DNA of 64,000 nucleotides, from positions 1,664,001-1,728,000 of the forward strand of contig OZ243956.1 in the NCBI GenBank assembly GCA_965214405.1, read 5' to 3'. The notes beneath the pieces were generated by a model. The model worked only from the letters and a program-made list of their open reading frames with translations, was not told the origin of the DNA and ran no database searches. A program made the translations under genes and the position numbers. This document shows positions 62,042-64,000 of the stretch, piece by piece. Every line of letters starts with the position of its first letter. The first letter of the stretch is position 1. This DNA is from Trueperaceae bacterium. GTDB taxonomy: Bacteria; Deinococcota; Deinococci; Deinococcales; Trueperaceae.

Positions 62042-63034
62042 GTGGATGACGCTAAAGTGGGTGATAAAGATGCCAATGCTGTGTTGGGTAAGCTTGGAGG
62101 ACGTTTTCAGGACCGGATCATCGAACTTGCGCTCGAGTCCGGAAGGCGCGACACCCTGGACAAGTTCAAGGCGCTGGCGTCGGAGCCGCGGCTTAAGATT
62201 CTCGAGCATCTGGCGCATCATCTTTGCAACTTAACCGAGTTGTCCGCGGCGCTCGAGATGAACTTAGCAACCGTCACCATGCACGTCAACATTTTGGAGC
62301 GCGCGGGGCTCGTTGTCTGCGAGCATCGGCCCGGCGAAAGGGGGACGCAGCGCGTCTGCGGCTGCTTGTTCGATTGGCTCAACTTGCACATGGTGCGGCG
62401 GCGGGAGGAGGTGGGGCGGGTGCTCGAGCTGCCCATCCGCGTCGGCGCCTACACCGACGTTCAGGTCACGCCCACCTGCGGGCTGGCGAGTGAGGGAGGG
62501 CTTATCGGCTTTCTGGACGATCCCGCGTCCTTTTATGAAGCAGGACGTTTCGAGGCGGAGTTACTCTGGTTTCACAGTGGTTACGTCGCGTACCGCCTGC
62601 CCAACCGGTTGCCGCCCGGCGCGCTCATAGAAAGTCTTTCCTTGAGTTTTGAAAGCTGCTCGGAAGCGCCCATGCACCGCCTCGACTGGCCCTCGGACAT
62701 CAGCGTGTGGATTAACGGCGTTGAACTCGGCACCTGGACGAGCCCCGCGGACTTCGGCGGCGTGCGGGGTCGGCTCACGCCCGCGTGGCAGTGGGAGGCC
62801 GACTCTCAGTACGGCTTGCTCAAAGTCTGGCAGGTCACGGCTAACGAGAGCCGGGTGGACGGCCTCAAGGTATCGGACGTGACGCTAGACGACCTCAATC
62901 TCTACAGTGCTCCTTATACAGAAGTCCGTATCGGGGTTAAAGGAGACGCGCGGAACGTGGGCGGCGTCAACTTGTTCGGCGCGAAGTTCGGCAACTATCC
63001 GCAAGATATCTTGCTGCGGATGCGCTACCACTAA
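62042..63034 (+). CDS. ArsR-family transcriptional regulator of the sugar-locus type
   Basis: KALAS..RL.IL HTH; PTCGLAS, LWF..GYV.Y, DWPSDI..WING..LG.WTSPADFG..RG.LTP.W; divergent from the arabinan locus. Confidence 0.85.
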   Translation: MDDAKVGDKDANAVLGKLGGRFQDRIIELALESGRRDTLDKFKALASEPRLKILEHLAHHLCNLTELSAALEMNLATVTMHVNILERAGLVVCEHRPGERGTQRVCGCLFDWLNLHMVRRREEVGRVLELPIRVGAYTDVQVTPTCGLASEGGLIGFLDDPASFYEAGRFEAELLWFHSGYVAYRLPNRLPPGALIESLSLSFESCSEAPMHRLDWPSDISVWINGVELGTWTSPADFGGVRGRLTPAWQWEADSQYGLLKVWQVTANESRVDGLKVSDVTLDDLNLYSAPYTEVRIGVKGDARNVGGVNLFGAKFGNYPQDILLRMRYH

Positions 63035-63152
63035 AATCTGTTGAGTTTACAGTCCAATAACCGTGCTGGCTGAAAGAAACAAAGATTAGGCATCGAGGGA
63101 ACGTGTTCAGCGTGAAAAGAACTCGATAAGGGGCGTAAGGTGCTATAATCGA

Positions 63153-63911
63153 ATGGTGTCTACAATCCGCTCCCGGAAGAGGTACGTGCAGAAATACCTA
63201 TGCGGCTTAGGCGTCCTCGCATGTTTCTTCGTGTTTACGCCGTTTAGCACGGCGCTGGCGCAGGATGGCAGAGCCGAGGAACTCTTCAAGGCCGCGCAGG
63301 AACATTTGCGGGTGGGCGAGGTGACGACGGTCGACCAACTCCTCTTTACCACCCTACTTAACCCGGACGGCACCACGCTTTACGAGGCGAGAACGCACTT
63401 AGTGGCCGACCTCGTGGGCGGGCGGTTGCTAGAAGAGAGCTACTTCACCGACGAACCCATCCGCGTGTACTATCAAAACGGCGAGGCGACGGTGACCTTC
63501 GTGGAGACGGGCTCGAGCATGACCCTGCCCCCGCCCGAAGCCGAACGGTTGCGGCACCTTTTCAACCAACCGCAGAGCTTCTTTTCACCCGACACCACCA
63601 TGCTGCGCCACAACGGTCGCAAGTCGTACGCGGGCCTCGTCGAGGGGGAGGAATTAGAAATAGAAACGCCCTACCGCAAGGTGCGGCTGCTGCTGGGCCA
63701 AGACGGGTCTTTACAGGGCGTCGTCAGCGAGGAGCCGGGCCTCGGGCCGACGCTGCTGGTGCCGGGCAAAACCGTCGACGTCGAGGGTTTCCCGATGTTT
63801 ATTAAATACGGCATTTATGAGCTCGAGGGCGACCAGGCTATTCTTATTAAAGAGGTGCGCGTCGAAAATATTGTCGTCAACGCGCCGCTCGACGAGACGC
63901 TTTTCAGGTAG
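63153..63911 (+). CDS. secreted hypothetical protein (LolA-like fold possible)
   Basis: Signal peptide ending ALA-Q; C-terminal VNAPLDETLF; TATAAT immediately upstream. Confidence 0.65.
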   Translation: MVSTIRSRKRYVQKYLCGLGVLACFFVFTPFSTALAQDGRAEELFKAAQEHLRVGEVTTVDQLLFTTLLNPDGTTLYEARTHLVADLVGGRLLEESYFTDEPIRVYYQNGEATVTFVETGSSMTLPPPEAERLRHLFNQPQSFFSPDTTMLRHNGRKSYAGLVEGEELEIETPYRKVRLLLGQDGSLQGVVSEEPGLGPTLLVPGKTVDVEGFPMFIKYGIYELEGDQAILIKEVRVENIVVNAPLDETLFR

Positions 63912-63946
63912 AGAGAAAGCAATTTTTCAGGTAGAGAGAAAGCAAT
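63901..63946. repeat. 23-bp perfect tandem duplication
   Basis: TTTTCAGGTAGAGAGAAAGCAAT x2, spanning a stop codon and the next RBS. Confidence 0.92.
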
Positions 63947-64000
63947 GAGGAAGTATCGTCAATTCCAAGATGTGCTCATTGACGACCTGCGCGACGATCC
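63945..64000 (+). CDS. start of a truncated ORF (MRKYRQFQDVLIDDLRDD...), possibly an HTH antitoxin-like protein
   Basis: ATG after a purine-rich RBS; only 18 codons visible. Confidence 0.3.
   Translation, partial: MRKYRQFQDVLIDDLRDD

Overview
GC-rich bacterial chromosomal window, most consistent with Deinococcota (Truepera-like). This is an inference from gene content, leaderless-type promoters and protein style. Housekeeping genes (tyrA, mrp, guaA, dnaK-grpE-dnaJ, mobA, rpoD) alternate with accessory blocks. The standout is a lasso-peptide-related RiPP locus at about 4.6-9.0 kb. It has an HPr-kinase-like enzyme, a nucleotidyltransferase, an RRE/PqqD (B1) protein and a B2 leader peptidase. 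It also has an unannotated 24-aa precursor (MKKVYRKPQLKKLGLLRKLTK-FSF, 8170-8244) whose predicted core is only three residues, and there is no lasso cyclase anywhere in the window. Other blocks are an Xre/RES toxin-antitoxin islet after guaA, a polysaccharide locus holding a complete frameshifting IS630 next to a related 109-bp MITE, a nucleoside-type ABC system, a TIGR04290-type methyltransferase/epimerase/CgeB glycosyltransferase operon, and an arabinan-type utilization locus ending in a secreted FG-GAP/ASPIC-vanadium haloperoxidase fusion. The palindrome CTCGAG is strongly over-represented throughout. All calls come from motif recognition by eye, with no database searches.
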